Shown: positions 48,476 through 58,724, counted from the first letter of the stretch. The stretch is DNA of 64,000 nt from Thermoanaerobaculia bacterium (GCA_963666565.1 OY762911.1:2464001-2528000); one strand, 5' to 3'. Notes: generated from the sequence alone by a model not told the origin. Program-made: numbers and translations.

Positions 48476-49333
48476 ATGCGGCTGGCTGTTCGCAATCTGC
48501 TCGGGCTGTTCGTGCTTTCCGTTCTCTGGCCGGTTCAGGCACTCGCCTTGACCGGCGAGGAGGCCAGGGAGGCCGTCCGCCGTTTCATCGAAGCCTGGAA
48601 CACCCGCGAGCCAGCCGCCTTCGCCGCGACACTCCAGTACCCGCACGTGCGGCCGACCGCGGACTTCGACGGCCGCGTCTTTGCCGACGCCGCGACGTAC
48701 GCTGCGGCCATCGACTTCGACCAGGTGCTGGCGACGGGCTGGGATCGGACCCGTCTCGACTCGGCTGAGGTCGTTCAGGCCGGAGAGGGTCAGGCCCACG
48801 TCGCCGGGCGGTACACGCGGCTGCGCGCCGACGGCTCCGTTATCTGGAGCAACCAGATCACGTACGTTGTGACGGAGATGAACGGCTCGACCGGGATCCA
48901 GGCCCGGCTCGCGGCGGGCCTGGACGACCTGTCGGAGTCGGATCGCGAGGCGAATGCGACGGCCGCCGTTGCCGCGGTCGAGAGCTATCTCGCGGCCTTC
49001 AACGCCCGTGACGAAGCGGCGATGACGGACGCCATGCAGTTTCCCCACGTCCGGGTCGGAGTCGGAAGGGCCCGAGTCTGGGAGTCCGCCGCCGAGTACA
49101 TGGAAGGGTTCGACTTCGACTCGTTCGCCGAGCGGCTCGGCTGGGAGCGCTCCGAAGCGGACTCCATGGAGGCGATCCAGGTCGGCGCCAGGGGCGTGAA
49201 CGTGGCGGTCAGAATCACGCGGTACGGCGCCGGCGGCGCCCCGATCCACAGCTTCGACACGATCTACCTGGTCACGGAACTGGACGGCCAGTGGCGGATC
49301 CGGGCGGGCGCCGGCATCGCGCCTTCGCCCTGA
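48476..49333 (+). CDS. Secreted protein with two NTF2/SnoaL-like domains
   Basis: Signal peptide; internal duplication (AWNTRE..QYPHVR..GW / AFNARD..QFPHVR..GW; YVVTE / YLVTE). Confidence 0.75.
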   Translation: MRLAVRNLLGLFVLSVLWPVQALALTGEEAREAVRRFIEAWNTREPAAFAATLQYPHVRPTADFDGRVFADAATYAAAIDFDQVLATGWDRTRLDSAEVVQAGEGQAHVAGRYTRLRADGSVIWSNQITYVVTEMNGSTGIQARLAAGLDDLSESDREANATAAVAAVESYLAAFNARDEAAMTDAMQFPHVRVGVGRARVWESAAEYMEGFDFDSFAERLGWERSEADSMEAIQVGARGVNVAVRITRYGAGGAPIHSFDTIYLVTELDGQWRIRAGAGIAPSP

Positions 49334-49362
49334 CGTCGGCACGCGGCGGTAGAGTCGGGTCG

Positions 49363-49746
49363 ATGAACCCGACGCCTTCTTCGTCCCGACGTGCCGCGGT
49401 CGTCCGGAGTGCCGACGACCCGCCGGCAAACAGGGTCGAACTCGGCACGGGGACGACGACTCAAGTGCTGCTCGGCGCCGCCGACGACGCGCCGCACTTT
49501 GCGATGCGGCGGTTCCGCATGGACGACGGCGGCGGGATGCCGCTGCACACGAACCAGGTCGAGCACGAACAGTACGTGCTGCGCGGGCGGGCGCGCATCG
49601 TGCTGGGCGACGAGACGGTCGAGGTCGGCGCGGACGACGTGCTGCTCATCCCGGCGGGCCTGCCGCACTCCTACGAGGTGATCGAGGCGCCGTTCGAGTT
49701 TCTCTGCCTGGTGCCGAACCGGCCGGACCGGATCGATCTGGTCTGA
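49363..49746 (+). CDS. Cupin-domain protein
   Basis: PLHTNQVEHEQYVLRG and IPAGLPHSY cupin motifs. Confidence 0.85.
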   Translation: MNPTPSSSRRAAVVRSADDPPANRVELGTGTTTQVLLGAADDAPHFAMRRFRMDDGGGMPLHTNQVEHEQYVLRGRARIVLGDETVEVGADDVLLIPAGLPHSYEVIEAPFEFLCLVPNRPDRIDLV

Positions 49747-49750
49747 ACCC

Positions 49751-51223
49751 GTGGCGCTTCGCGCTTGCTTCGCCGCTCTGGCGGTGCTTGCGGTCACCGG
49801 CGTCGCGGCCGCCGGCGACGACGCGCTGCCGCCGGACCTCCGCACGCGTGCGGACGGCATCGACTGGCCGGGCTTTCTCGGACCGAACCGCGACTCGAAG
49901 TCGCCCGAAACCGGCATCCGTACCGACTGGACGAGCGATCCGCCGCCGTTGCTCTGGCACCAGGAGCTCGGCGAGGGGTACGCCGCACCGTCGGTTGCCC
50001 GCGGGCGGCTCTTCTACTTCACGCGCGTCCGCGATCGGGCGCGACTTGTGGCGGTCCGTTCCGATACCGGCGAGGAACTCTGGCGATCAGAGTACTCGAC
50101 AGACTACGAGGACTACTACGGCTACGACGGCGGCCCGCGAACGGCGCCGCTGGTCGATGGGGCGCGCGTCTACTCGGTCGGAGCGGCCGGGGTTCTGCGT
50201 TGCCACCGCGTCCTCGACGGCGCCGTGCTGTGGGAACTGGACACCCACGCGAAGTACGGCGTCCGGCAGAACTTCTTCGGCGTCGCCAGTTCGCCGTGGA
50301 TCGAGGACGACCTGCTGATCGTCGCGGTCGGGGGCAGCCCGGCCGGCGCGCCGAACATCCACAGCGGCCGGGTCGAGCCGAACGGCACGGCGCTCGTGGC
50401 GTTCGACAAGCGGACTGGCGAGGAGCGCTACCGCCTCGGTGACGACCTGGCGAGCTACGCGAGCCCGGTGGTCGTCGACTTCGGCCGCAAGCGCCGGGGT
50501 TTCCATTTCGCCCGTTTCGGCCTCATCCTCTTCGACCCGAAGGACGGCCGGACGATCGACGGCTTCGCTTGGCGCGCGCGCCGGCTGACCAGCGTCAACG
50601 CGGCGAACCCGGTCGTCGTCGGCAACCAGGTGCTGCTGACCGAGTCCTACGAGAAGGGCGCGGTGCTGCTCGAGTACGGCGGCGGTGCAGAGAGCGGCCG
50701 CGGCGGCGCGGATAGCGGTGGCGGCGGCGCGGATAAACGCGACAGCGGCGCGGATAAGGGCGGCGGCGGCCCGGAGAGCGGCGAGAGCGGCTTCCGGCCG
50801 GTCTGGCAGGACGGCCCGCGCAACCAGGCGATCGCCGCGCACTGGAACACGCCCGTTCACCACGAAGGCGTGGTCTACGTTTCGAGCGGCGAGAAGTCGC
50901 CGAACGCGGAGCTGCGGGCCGTCGACTGGGCGACCGGCGAAGTCCGCTGGAGTCAGCCGCGCCTCGCCCGCACTCAGTTGCTCCACGTGGACGGCCACCT
51001 CGTGGTCCACAGCGAGGTAGGCGACCTGCTGCTCGTCCGCGCGAGGCCGGAGAGCTACCAGCAGGTGGGCCACCTCCGCCTGCGCGGCGACGTGGACGGC
51101 CGCACCGTCGACCTCCTGCGCTATCCGGCCTGGGCGGCCCCGGTGCTCGCCCACGGCGTGCTCTACCTGCGCGGGCGCGGCAGGCTGGCCGCGCTGGAAC
51201 TCATCCCGCCGCCGGTGCCGTGA
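49751..51223 (+). CDS. PQQ-binding-like beta-propeller protein, secreted
   Basis: DWPGFLGPNRD, GEGYAAP, TGEELW, SSPW and WAAPV motifs. Confidence 0.85.
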   Translation: MALRACFAALAVLAVTGVAAAGDDALPPDLRTRADGIDWPGFLGPNRDSKSPETGIRTDWTSDPPPLLWHQELGEGYAAPSVARGRLFYFTRVRDRARLVAVRSDTGEELWRSEYSTDYEDYYGYDGGPRTAPLVDGARVYSVGAAGVLRCHRVLDGAVLWELDTHAKYGVRQNFFGVASSPWIEDDLLIVAVGGSPAGAPNIHSGRVEPNGTALVAFDKRTGEERYRLGDDLASYASPVVVDFGRKRRGFHFARFGLILFDPKDGRTIDGFAWRARRLTSVNAANPVVVGNQVLLTESYEKGAVLLEYGGGAESGRGGADSGGGGADKRDSGADKGGGGPESGESGFRPVWQDGPRNQAIAAHWNTPVHHEGVVYVSSGEKSPNAELRAVDWATGEVRWSQPRLARTQLLHVDGHLVVHSEVGDLLLVRARPESYQQVGHLRLRGDVDGRTVDLLRYPAWAAPVLAHGVLYLRGRGRLAALELIPPPVP

Positions 51224-54200
51224 CGGATCCGGCGTCGTCGTCGATCCTGGTTTCGGCTTCGGCCGGCGCGCGCCTGGCCGCGGCCGGCGAGAGGCTGCGG
51301 GCGTGCCTCGAGACCGGCGACGAGGCGCTGCTGCTCGCTCCGTCCCGCGGCGCCGCCGACGACCTGCTGCGGCGCCTGTCGGCGGCCGGCGGCGGCCTGC
51401 TGGGCGTTCACGCCATGTCCTTCGCGCAGTGGGCGCTCCAGGCCGCCGCGCTCGACCTGGCCGCTCGCGATCTGCGCCCGATCACGCCGCTCGGAACCGA
51501 GGCGATCGCCGCCCGCGCCGCCCGGCTGGCGGAGGCGGACGGCGAACTGGAGCGCCTGTCCCCGGTCGCCGGCATGCCGGGGTTCGCTCGTTCCCTGGCC
51601 GCGACGATCCGGGAACTGCGGTCGGCCGGGGTGCCCGCCGCGGCGCTCATGGAAGACGAGTCCACGCGCGACCTGGGCCGGTTGCTCGCCCGCTTCGCTG
51701 ACGAAATGGACCGGTTCGGACTTGCCGACCGGCCGGCCGTCCTGCGGCTCGCCGCGGCGGCCCTGGCCGAGGGGAGGGCGGCCGCGCCGCCGCGCTCGAT
51801 CTGGCTCGACCTGCCGTTGCGCAACCGGGCCCAGGCCGAGGCGTTACGGGCTCTTTCCGCGCGCAGCCGCGAGGTCGCGGCGACCGTCGCCGCGGGCGAC
51901 GGCGAGTCGATGGAGTGGCTGACCGCGGTGCTCGGCGACCGGGCCGCTACCGACCTCGACCGGGATGCGGACGGCGGCGAGGGGACTGCGCTCGGCCGGA
52001 GTGCGGACGGCGGCGAGGGGGCCGGTCTCGACCGGGACGTGGACGGCGCCGAGGGGACCGATCCCGACCGGGATGCGGCCACAGGCGAGGGGACCGCGCT
52101 CGGCCGGGTGCAGCGTTTCGTCTTCGAGACCGGCGCCGAGGTTGCCGGCGCCGAGCGCCCGGTCGAGGAAGCGCCGGCGTCCGTCGATCTCTTCTCGGCC
52201 GCGGGCGAGGGCCAGGAGTGCGTCGAGATCGCCCGCCGCATCCGCCGGGCCGCGGCCGGCGGGCTCGCCTTCGACCGCGTCGCGATCCTGGTGCGCCAGC
52301 CCGCGGCCTACCTGCCCCTGGTGGAGGACGCGCTGGCCCGGGCCGGAGTTCCCGCCTGGGTCACGCGGGGTTCGCTTCGTCCGAACCCGGCCGGCCGAGC
52401 CTTCCTGGCCCTGCTCGCGTGCGCCGGGGAGCGGCTCTCGGCGAGCCGGTTCGCCGAGTACCTGTCCCTCGGCCAGACGCCGAAACCGGCGGCGGATGGC
52501 GCTCCGCCGAAGACGGAGAGGGTCCTCTGGGTGGAGCCGGCCGGCGAACAGCTCGTGCTCAAGTCGCCGGAATCGCCGGAACCCGGTTCGGGCATCGGCG
52601 CACCGACCGCGCACCGGTCGCCGCGTCCATCGCCCGGTGCGGAGATGGCGCCGGAAGGGTCGAATCCGCGGAGCGAATCGGCCGGCAGAGACGCGGGACG
52701 CCAGGATGCCGCCGATTCCGCGGAAGACGCCGCCCCGGCCGGTGCGCTCCGCGTTCCCGCGCAATGGGAGCGCCTGCTGGTGGACGCGGCCGTGGTCGGC
52801 GGCGCCGGCCGCTGGCGGAAGCGCCTCGAGGGGCTGGACGAGGAGTTTCGGCTGCAACTGCGCGAGGCCGCAGACGAGAACGAGGGCCGCCGGGGCTACC
52901 TCGAGCGCCAGATCGCGCGGCTCGGCACGCTCCGCGACTTCGCACTGCCCCTGGTCGAGTTCCTGGACGGTCTGCCGGAGAGCGCTGACTGGGGCCTCTG
53001 GCTCGACCGCCTCGGCGAACTGGCGACGATGGCGCTGCGGCGCCCGGAGTCGGTGCTTGAACTGCTGGCGGAGCTGCGGCCGCTCTCGGAGGTCGACGAG
53101 GTGGGCCTGGCCGAGGTCGAGCGGGTGCTCGCCGAGCGCCTCCGGTTCAGCCGGCGCGAACCGCCGAAGCGCCGCTACGGCCGCGTCTTCGTGGGCGCGG
53201 TGGAGGAGGCGGCCGGGCGGTCCTTCGACCTCGTCTTCGTGCCGGGCCTCGCCGAGGGGGTCTTCCCGCGGCGCTCCGGCGAGGACGCCCTGCTGCTGGA
53301 CGACCGGCGCCGCGCACTGGGGGCTGCGGGCTACCGCCTCCCGATCGACGTCGACCGCACGCGCCGGGAGCAACTCCTGCTGCGGCTCGCCGCCGGCGCG
53401 GCGGGCCGGCGGCTCGTCGCCTCCTGGCCGCGGGTCGATCTGGTGCAGGGGCGGGCCCGGGTGCCGTCGCTCTACGCTCTCGACCTGCTACGGGCCGCCG
53501 AGGGCCGGCTGCCCGACCTGGACGCCCTCGGCCGGCGAGCCGCGGCCGCCGGCGCCGCCGTCGTCGGCTGGCCCGCGCCGGAAGACCCGGACGAGGCGAT
53601 CGACGAGGCGGAGTTCGACCTCGCCATGCTCCAGCCGCTGCTCGCCGGCGGGCTGGAGGCGGAGGAGCGCCGGGGCCGGGCGCGCTTCCTGCTGTCGTCG
53701 AACGAGCACCTGGCGCGGGCGCTGCGGGCCCGGGCCAGGCGCTGGCGGAAGGGGTGGTTCCCGGTCGACGGCCTGGTCGACGCCGGCGACGAGGCCCGGG
53801 AGTACCTGTCCCGGCACCGCGTCGGCGCCCGCTCCTACTCGCCGACCGCGCTCCAGAACTTCGCCGCCTGCCCCTACCGGTTCTTCCTCCAGGCCGTGCT
53901 CTACCTGCGGCCGCGCGACGAACTCGTGCAGATCGAGCAGTTGGACCCGATGACCCGGGGCGGCATCTTCCACGAGATCCAGTTCCGGCTGTTCGGCGCG
54001 CTCGAGGAGAAGGAGCTTCACCCGGTGACGGCCGCCCGGCTCGACGACGCGTTCGCGGCGCTCGACGACGTGATCGAGGAAGCCGAGCGCGAGTACCGCG
54101 ACCGCCTGGCGCCGCCGATCGAGCGTGTTTGGACGGCCGAGTTCGAGGGCCTGCGCGGCGATCTCCGGGGCTGGCTCCGGCAGGTCGCGGACGAGGGCGG

Positions 54201-54750
54201 CGGCTGGACGCCGGTCCACGCCGAACTCGGCTTCGGCCTCGCGCGGTCGCGCGAGCGGGATCCCCGGAGCGTCCGGCAGCCGGCGGAGGTGCAGGACGGC
54301 GCGCAACTGCGCGGTTCGATCGACCTGGTCGAGGCGGACGCCGCCGGCCGCCTGCGGGTGACCGACCACAAGACCGGCGGCGCCCGCCACGCCGGCAGGG
54401 GACTCGTGATCGGCGGCGGCAAGGTCCTGCAGCCGGCGCTCTACAGCCTGGCGGCCGAGGCCGTCCTCGGCCGGGACGTGGCCTCGGGCCGGCTGTTCTA
54501 CTGCACCCAGCGCGGCGGCTACCGCGTCGCCTCCGTCCCGCTCGACGAGCGCAGCCGCGGCGCCGTCCGCAGGATGCTCGCCACCGTCGACAGCGCGCTG
54601 GAGGAGGGCTTCCTGCCCGCCGCGCCGGACAAGGACGAGTGCCGCTACTGCGACTACCGCGCGGTCTGCGGCCCGTACGAGGAACTCCGGGTGGCGGCCA
54701 AGCAGCGGCGCCGTCTCGAGCCGCTCCATGCCCTGAGGCTCGAACCGTGA
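51220..54750 (+). CDS. addB: AddB-like subunit of the ATP-dependent helicase/nuclease
   Basis: Inactive helicase-like N-terminus; SPTALQNFAACPYRFF, LRGSIDLVE, VTDHKTG, LQPALY; CRYCDYRAVC Fe-S staple; coupled to addA. Confidence 0.85.
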   Translation: MTDPASSSILVSASAGARLAAAGERLRACLETGDEALLLAPSRGAADDLLRRLSAAGGGLLGVHAMSFAQWALQAAALDLAARDLRPITPLGTEAIAARAARLAEADGELERLSPVAGMPGFARSLAATIRELRSAGVPAAALMEDESTRDLGRLLARFADEMDRFGLADRPAVLRLAAAALAEGRAAAPPRSIWLDLPLRNRAQAEALRALSARSREVAATVAAGDGESMEWLTAVLGDRAATDLDRDADGGEGTALGRSADGGEGAGLDRDVDGAEGTDPDRDAATGEGTALGRVQRFVFETGAEVAGAERPVEEAPASVDLFSAAGEGQECVEIARRIRRAAAGGLAFDRVAILVRQPAAYLPLVEDALARAGVPAWVTRGSLRPNPAGRAFLALLACAGERLSASRFAEYLSLGQTPKPAADGAPPKTERVLWVEPAGEQLVLKSPESPEPGSGIGAPTAHRSPRPSPGAEMAPEGSNPRSESAGRDAGRQDAADSAEDAAPAGALRVPAQWERLLVDAAVVGGAGRWRKRLEGLDEEFRLQLREAADENEGRRGYLERQIARLGTLRDFALPLVEFLDGLPESADWGLWLDRLGELATMALRRPESVLELLAELRPLSEVDEVGLAEVERVLAERLRFSRREPPKRRYGRVFVGAVEEAAGRSFDLVFVPGLAEGVFPRRSGEDALLLDDRRRALGAAGYRLPIDVDRTRREQLLLRLAAGAAGRRLVASWPRVDLVQGRARVPSLYALDLLRAAEGRLPDLDALGRRAAAAGAAVVGWPAPEDPDEAIDEAEFDLAMLQPLLAGGLEAEERRGRARFLLSSNEHLARALRARARRWRKGWFPVDGLVDAGDEAREYLSRHRVGARSYSPTALQNFAACPYRFFLQAVLYLRPRDELVQIEQLDPMTRGGIFHEIQFRLFGALEEKELHPVTAARLDDAFAALDDVIEEAEREYRDRLAPPIERVWTAEFEGLRGDLRGWLRQVADEGGGWTPVHAELGFGLARSRERDPRSVRQPAEVQDGAQLRGSIDLVEADAAGRLRVTDHKTGGARHAGRGLVIGGGKVLQPALYSLAAEAVLGRDVASGRLFYCTQRGGYRVASVPLDERSRGAVRRMLATVDSALEEGFLPAAPDKDECRYCDYRAVCGPYEELRVAAKQRRRLEPLHALRLEP
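51958..52101 (+). repeat. 36-bp coding tandem repeat (4 units) in addB
   Basis: DRDADGGEGTAL-type units. Confidence 0.8.
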
Positions 54751-57700
54751 CCGCCGGGACCGAGCGGCCGCTCGCCGACGAGACCGCCCGCCGGCGGATC
54801 CGGGAGGCGCTGCGCGAGAGTCAGCTCGTCGAGGCGGCGGCCGGCACCGGCAAGACGACGGTGCTGGTCGAACGGCTGGTGGCGATCCTGGAGCGGGGCC
54901 TCGGCACGGTCGACGGACTGGCCGCCGTCACCTTCACGCGCAAGGCCGCCGGCGAGCTGAAGCTCCGCCTGCGGGAGGAACTCGACCGGCGGCTGGTCGA
55001 GTTGCGGGCCGCGGGCGCGGCCGACGAGCGCAGCCGGAACCTGGAGGCCGCCATCTCGCGCCTGGAGGAAGCGTCCATCGGGACGATCCACTCGCTTTGC
55101 GCCGAGATCCTCCGCGAGCGGCCGGTCGAGGCCGGCGTCGATCCGGGCTTCGGCGAACTGGCCGAGGACGAGGCGCCGCGCCTGTTCGACCGGACCTTCC
55201 GGGGCTGGATCGAGGAGCAGCTCGAATCGATGCGGCCCGGACTGCGGCGGGCGCTGGCGCGGCTGACGGCCGGACCGTGGTCGCCCCAACGGCCGCCGCT
55301 GGACCGGCTGCGGGAAACGGCGTGGCGGCTGGTCGACTGGCGGGACTTCCCGGCGCGCTGGCGGCGGCCGGAGCTCGACCGCGAAACGCAACTCGCCGAT
55401 CTTGCGGAGCGCGTGGAGAGGCTGGCCGATCTCGTGCGCCATGGCCGGCGCGGCGACATCCTGAGGCGGGACCTCGACCGGGTCGTGGAACTTGCGGCCT
55501 GGATGGCCCGCGCGCGGGAGCTGGGCGTTCCGGGACCGAACGGCGGTGGCCGGGAAGCGAGCGGCGGCGGCCGGGAAGTGGACGGCGGCGGCCGGGAAGT
55601 GGCCGGCGGCGGCGACGAAGCGGAGGGCGGCGAGGCGTTTCGGGATCAGTTGGAAGCGCGGCTCGTCGAACTGCGGCGCCGCCTGAGCGGCTGGGGCAAG
55701 CCCCGCAAGGGCCGGGGCGGCTTCGCCGAAGGCGTCGCCCGCGACCACGTCTGGCGCCTCTGGCTGGGGCTGTCGGAGCGCCTGGAGGACTTCGTGGAGT
55801 CGGCCGACGCGGACCTCGCGGCGCTGCTCCGGGACGAACTCGGCGGCGCGGTCGAGCGGTACGAGGAGGCGAAGGCCGCCCTCGGCAAGCTCGACTTCCA
55901 CGACCTCCTGATCAAGGCCAGGGACCTGTTGCGTTCGGACGGCGCGGTGCGCGCCCACCTGCAGCGGCGCTACGGCCACCTGTTCATCGACGAGTTCCAG
56001 GACACGGATCCGCTCCAGGCCGAGATCCTGCTGCTGCTCGCGGCGGACGATCCGGACCAGGACGACTGGAGAGAGGTTCGGCCGGCGGCGGGCAAGCTGT
56101 TCGTCGTCGGCGACCCGAAGCAGTCGATCTACCGCTTCCGCCGGGCGGACGTCGTGCTGTACCACGACGTCAAGGAGATGCTCGCCGGGCGCGGCGTTGA
56201 GGTCCTCCACCTGACGACGAGCTTCCGCTCGGTCGCGCCGATCCAGCGGCTGGTGAACGCGGCCTTCGCGCCGCTGATGACCGGCGACCGCGAGGCCGGC
56301 AGCGCGGACTACATCGCCCTCGGCGAGCACCGCGAACCGATCGCCGGCCAGCCCGCGGTCGTCGCCCTGCCGCCGCCCAGGCCGTACGGCGTCCGCAACC
56401 TGAGCAACCGGGAGATCGAGGCGTGCCAGCCTTACGCCACGGTGGAGTTCGTCCGCTGGCTGATCCAGGACAGCGGCTTCGAGGTCGAGACGCCGGATCC
56501 CGACCGGTCCGGACATCGCAAGCGGTCGCGGGTGCGGCCGCGCGACGTCTGCCTGCTCTTCCGCCGCTTCATGAGCTGGAACCGGGACACGTCCCGCGAG
56601 TACGTCCGGGGACTGGAGGCCGTGGGCATTCCCCATCTCCTGCTCGGCGCGCGTTCGTTCCACGAGCGGGAGGAAGTCGAGGCGCTGCGGTCGGCGCTCA
56701 AGGCGGTCGAGTGGCCGGACGACGACCTCTCGGTCTACGCGACGCTGCGCGGCGGCCTGTTCGCGTTCGACGACGACCTGCTGCTTCGTTTCCGGGCGCG
56801 CTACGGCGGCTGGCATCCGTTCCGGGCGCCGCGGCGGGCGCAGGAGAATGGCGAGCCGCTTGAGGAGTTCCGCTCCCTGGTCGAGGTGCTCGACTTCCTC
56901 GCCGAACTCCACCGCCGCCGGAACTACCGCCCGATCGTCGGTACCGTGCAGGAGGTGCTGGCGAGGCCGCGGGCCCAGGCGTCGATGGCGCTCCGGCCCG
57001 CCGGCAACCAGGTGCTGGGCAACGCGCAGCGGGTGTGCGATCTCGCCCGCCGCTACGAGCTGGGCGGCGGCCGCTCGTTCCGCGGCTTCGTCGAGCAGTT
57101 GGACGAGGAGGCCGAGCGCCCGGCCAGCACCCAGGCGCCGGTGGTGGAGGAGGACGCGGAAGGCGTGCGGATCATGACCGTCCACACCGCGAAGGGGCTG
57201 GAGTTCCCGGTCGTCATCCTCGCCGACATGACCGCGGGCCTGTCCCGCGGCGCCGAACGGACCATGAGCCCCGACGACGGCCTGTGCGCGATGAAGCTCC
57301 TCGGCCTGTCGCCGCGGGAACTGCTGGAATCGAGGGAGATCGAGGACCGCCGCGAGGAGGCGGAGGGCGTGCGGGTCGCCTACGTGGCGGCGACGCGGGC
57401 CCGCGACCTGCTCGTCGTCCCGGCGGTCGGCGACGCGAAGCGGAACGGATGGGTCCAGTGCCTGAACGACGCGGTGTATCCGCCGCCGGAGCGCCGGCGG
57501 CAGTCCGAGCCGGCGGAGGGCTGCCCGGCGTTCGGCGAGCGATCGGTGGCAAGGCGGCCGGACGACCGGGATCGGTTGCCGCAGCCCGAGACGTCCGTCC
57601 GGCCGGGCAGGCACCGGTTCCCGGGCATGGCCGGCGAAGATGGCGGGACCGGCAAAGGGGGCGAAGCCGGCGAAGGGGGCGAAGCCGGCGAAGGGGGCGA

Positions 57701-58637
57701 AGCCGGCGAAGGGGGTGAGGCCGGTAAAGCGGGCGAGGCCGCCAATTGGAATGATGCCGGCAAGACCGGCGATGCCGGCTACGACGTCGTCTGGTGGGAC
57801 GCGAACCTGGTGGATGTGAAGCCGCCGGCGAGCTACGGCCTGCTGGGCGAGGATCTGCTGGTCGAGGCCGGCGACAACGCCAACCGCGAACGGTTCGAAC
57901 GCTGGCGGCGCCACGGCGAGGACCTGGTCGCCCGCGGTTCGGTGCCGAGCGCCCGCCCGGTCGCGGTCACCGAACTCGAGGTCGACCCGCCGGGCGAGCC
58001 AGCGGAGGTCTCGGTGGAGGAACTGGAGCGGTCTCGCGACCGGCCCGGCGGCGTCCGTTTCGGCAGCCTGGTCCACACCTTGCTGCGCGGCGCGCCGCTG
58101 TCGGGCGAAGCGGAACGGATCAGCGAGCTGGCACGCCTGCACGGCGCCCTCTTGGCCGCGACCGGCGCCGAGATCGAAGCGGCCCAAGCCGTCGTGACCG
58201 CGGCGCTCGCGAGCCCGGCCGCCGAGGCGGCTCGGGCTTCGCGGAGGCTTCTGCGCGAGACGCCGTTCCTCCTGCCCCTGGCGATCAAGAGTCTGCCCCC
58301 GGCCGGCGAGGGTCTGCCCCCTGCTGGCCAGGGTCTGCCGCAGGCGAGCGGCGCTCTGCCTCTGGCCGGCGACGCTCCGCCCTTGGCCGGCGACGCGACT
58401 AACCGGATCGTCGAGGGAGCGATCGATCTCGCCTACCTCGACGACGACGGCCGCTGGATCGTCGTCGACTGGAAGACCGACCTCGGCGATCTGGACGCGC
58501 CGGCAGGCGGTAGCGGCGATTCCGGCGCCGACGCCACCGCCCGCGGGGAACGCTACCGCCGGCAAGTCCGCTGGTACTGCTACGCGTTGGAGCAACTGAC
58601 CGGCGCGCCAGCCTCCGGCCGCCTCGTACTGCTTTAG
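54747..58637 (+). CDS. addA: AddA-like UvrD helicase/nuclease
   Basis: GTG overlaps the addB stop; AAAGTGKT, TFTRKAA, IDEFQDTD, VGDPKQSIYRFR, TVHTAKGLEF, YVAATRARD, GAIDL..VDWKTD. Confidence 0.9.
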   Translation: MTAGTERPLADETARRRIREALRESQLVEAAAGTGKTTVLVERLVAILERGLGTVDGLAAVTFTRKAAGELKLRLREELDRRLVELRAAGAADERSRNLEAAISRLEEASIGTIHSLCAEILRERPVEAGVDPGFGELAEDEAPRLFDRTFRGWIEEQLESMRPGLRRALARLTAGPWSPQRPPLDRLRETAWRLVDWRDFPARWRRPELDRETQLADLAERVERLADLVRHGRRGDILRRDLDRVVELAAWMARARELGVPGPNGGGREASGGGREVDGGGREVAGGGDEAEGGEAFRDQLEARLVELRRRLSGWGKPRKGRGGFAEGVARDHVWRLWLGLSERLEDFVESADADLAALLRDELGGAVERYEEAKAALGKLDFHDLLIKARDLLRSDGAVRAHLQRRYGHLFIDEFQDTDPLQAEILLLLAADDPDQDDWREVRPAAGKLFVVGDPKQSIYRFRRADVVLYHDVKEMLAGRGVEVLHLTTSFRSVAPIQRLVNAAFAPLMTGDREAGSADYIALGEHREPIAGQPAVVALPPPRPYGVRNLSNREIEACQPYATVEFVRWLIQDSGFEVETPDPDRSGHRKRSRVRPRDVCLLFRRFMSWNRDTSREYVRGLEAVGIPHLLLGARSFHEREEVEALRSALKAVEWPDDDLSVYATLRGGLFAFDDDLLLRFRARYGGWHPFRAPRRAQENGEPLEEFRSLVEVLDFLAELHRRRNYRPIVGTVQEVLARPRAQASMALRPAGNQVLGNAQRVCDLARRYELGGGRSFRGFVEQLDEEAERPASTQAPVVEEDAEGVRIMTVHTAKGLEFPVVILADMTAGLSRGAERTMSPDDGLCAMKLLGLSPRELLESREIEDRREEAEGVRVAYVAATRARDLLVVPAVGDAKRNGWVQCLNDAVYPPPERRRQSEPAEGCPAFGERSVARRPDDRDRLPQPETSVRPGRHRFPGMAGEDGGTGKGGEAGEGGEAGEGGEAGEGGEAGKAGEAANWNDAGKTGDAGYDVVWWDANLVDVKPPASYGLLGEDLLVEAGDNANRERFERWRRHGEDLVARGSVPSARPVAVTELEVDPPGEPAEVSVEELERSRDRPGGVRFGSLVHTLLRGAPLSGEAERISELARLHGALLAATGAEIEAAQAVVTAALASPAAEAARASRRLLRETPFLLPLAIKSLPPAGEGLPPAGQGLPQASGALPLAGDAPPLAGDATNRIVEGAIDLAYLDDDGRWIVVDWKTDLGDLDAPAGGSGDSGADATARGERYRRQVRWYCYALEQLTGAPASGRLVLL
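57633..57740 (+). repeat. 18-bp coding tandem repeat (6 units) in addA
   Basis: GGCGAAGGGGGCGAAGCC units (GEGGEA). Confidence 0.85.
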
Positions 58638-58650
58638 CTTTAGCCGTCCG

Positions 58651-58724
58651 CTGGGTGCGCGAGTCCTCTGACCCGCTGCCGCCGAAGGCGGCCAACAGAA
58701 CGCGCCGGCCGTCAGGCCGGCGCC
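58651..58724 (+). repeat. REP-like repeat with trailing hairpins after addA
   Basis: CTGGGTGCGCGAGTCCTCTGACCCGCTGCCGCCGAAGGCGGCC...GCCGGCCGTCAGGCCGGC. Confidence 0.8.

Noticed and set aside
51220-54750. Cas4-like nuclease suggesting CRISPR adaptation
   Set aside because: The Fe-S PD-(D/E)XK domain is the C-terminus of a 1176-aa AddB coupled to AddA, a housekeeping DNA-repair complex.
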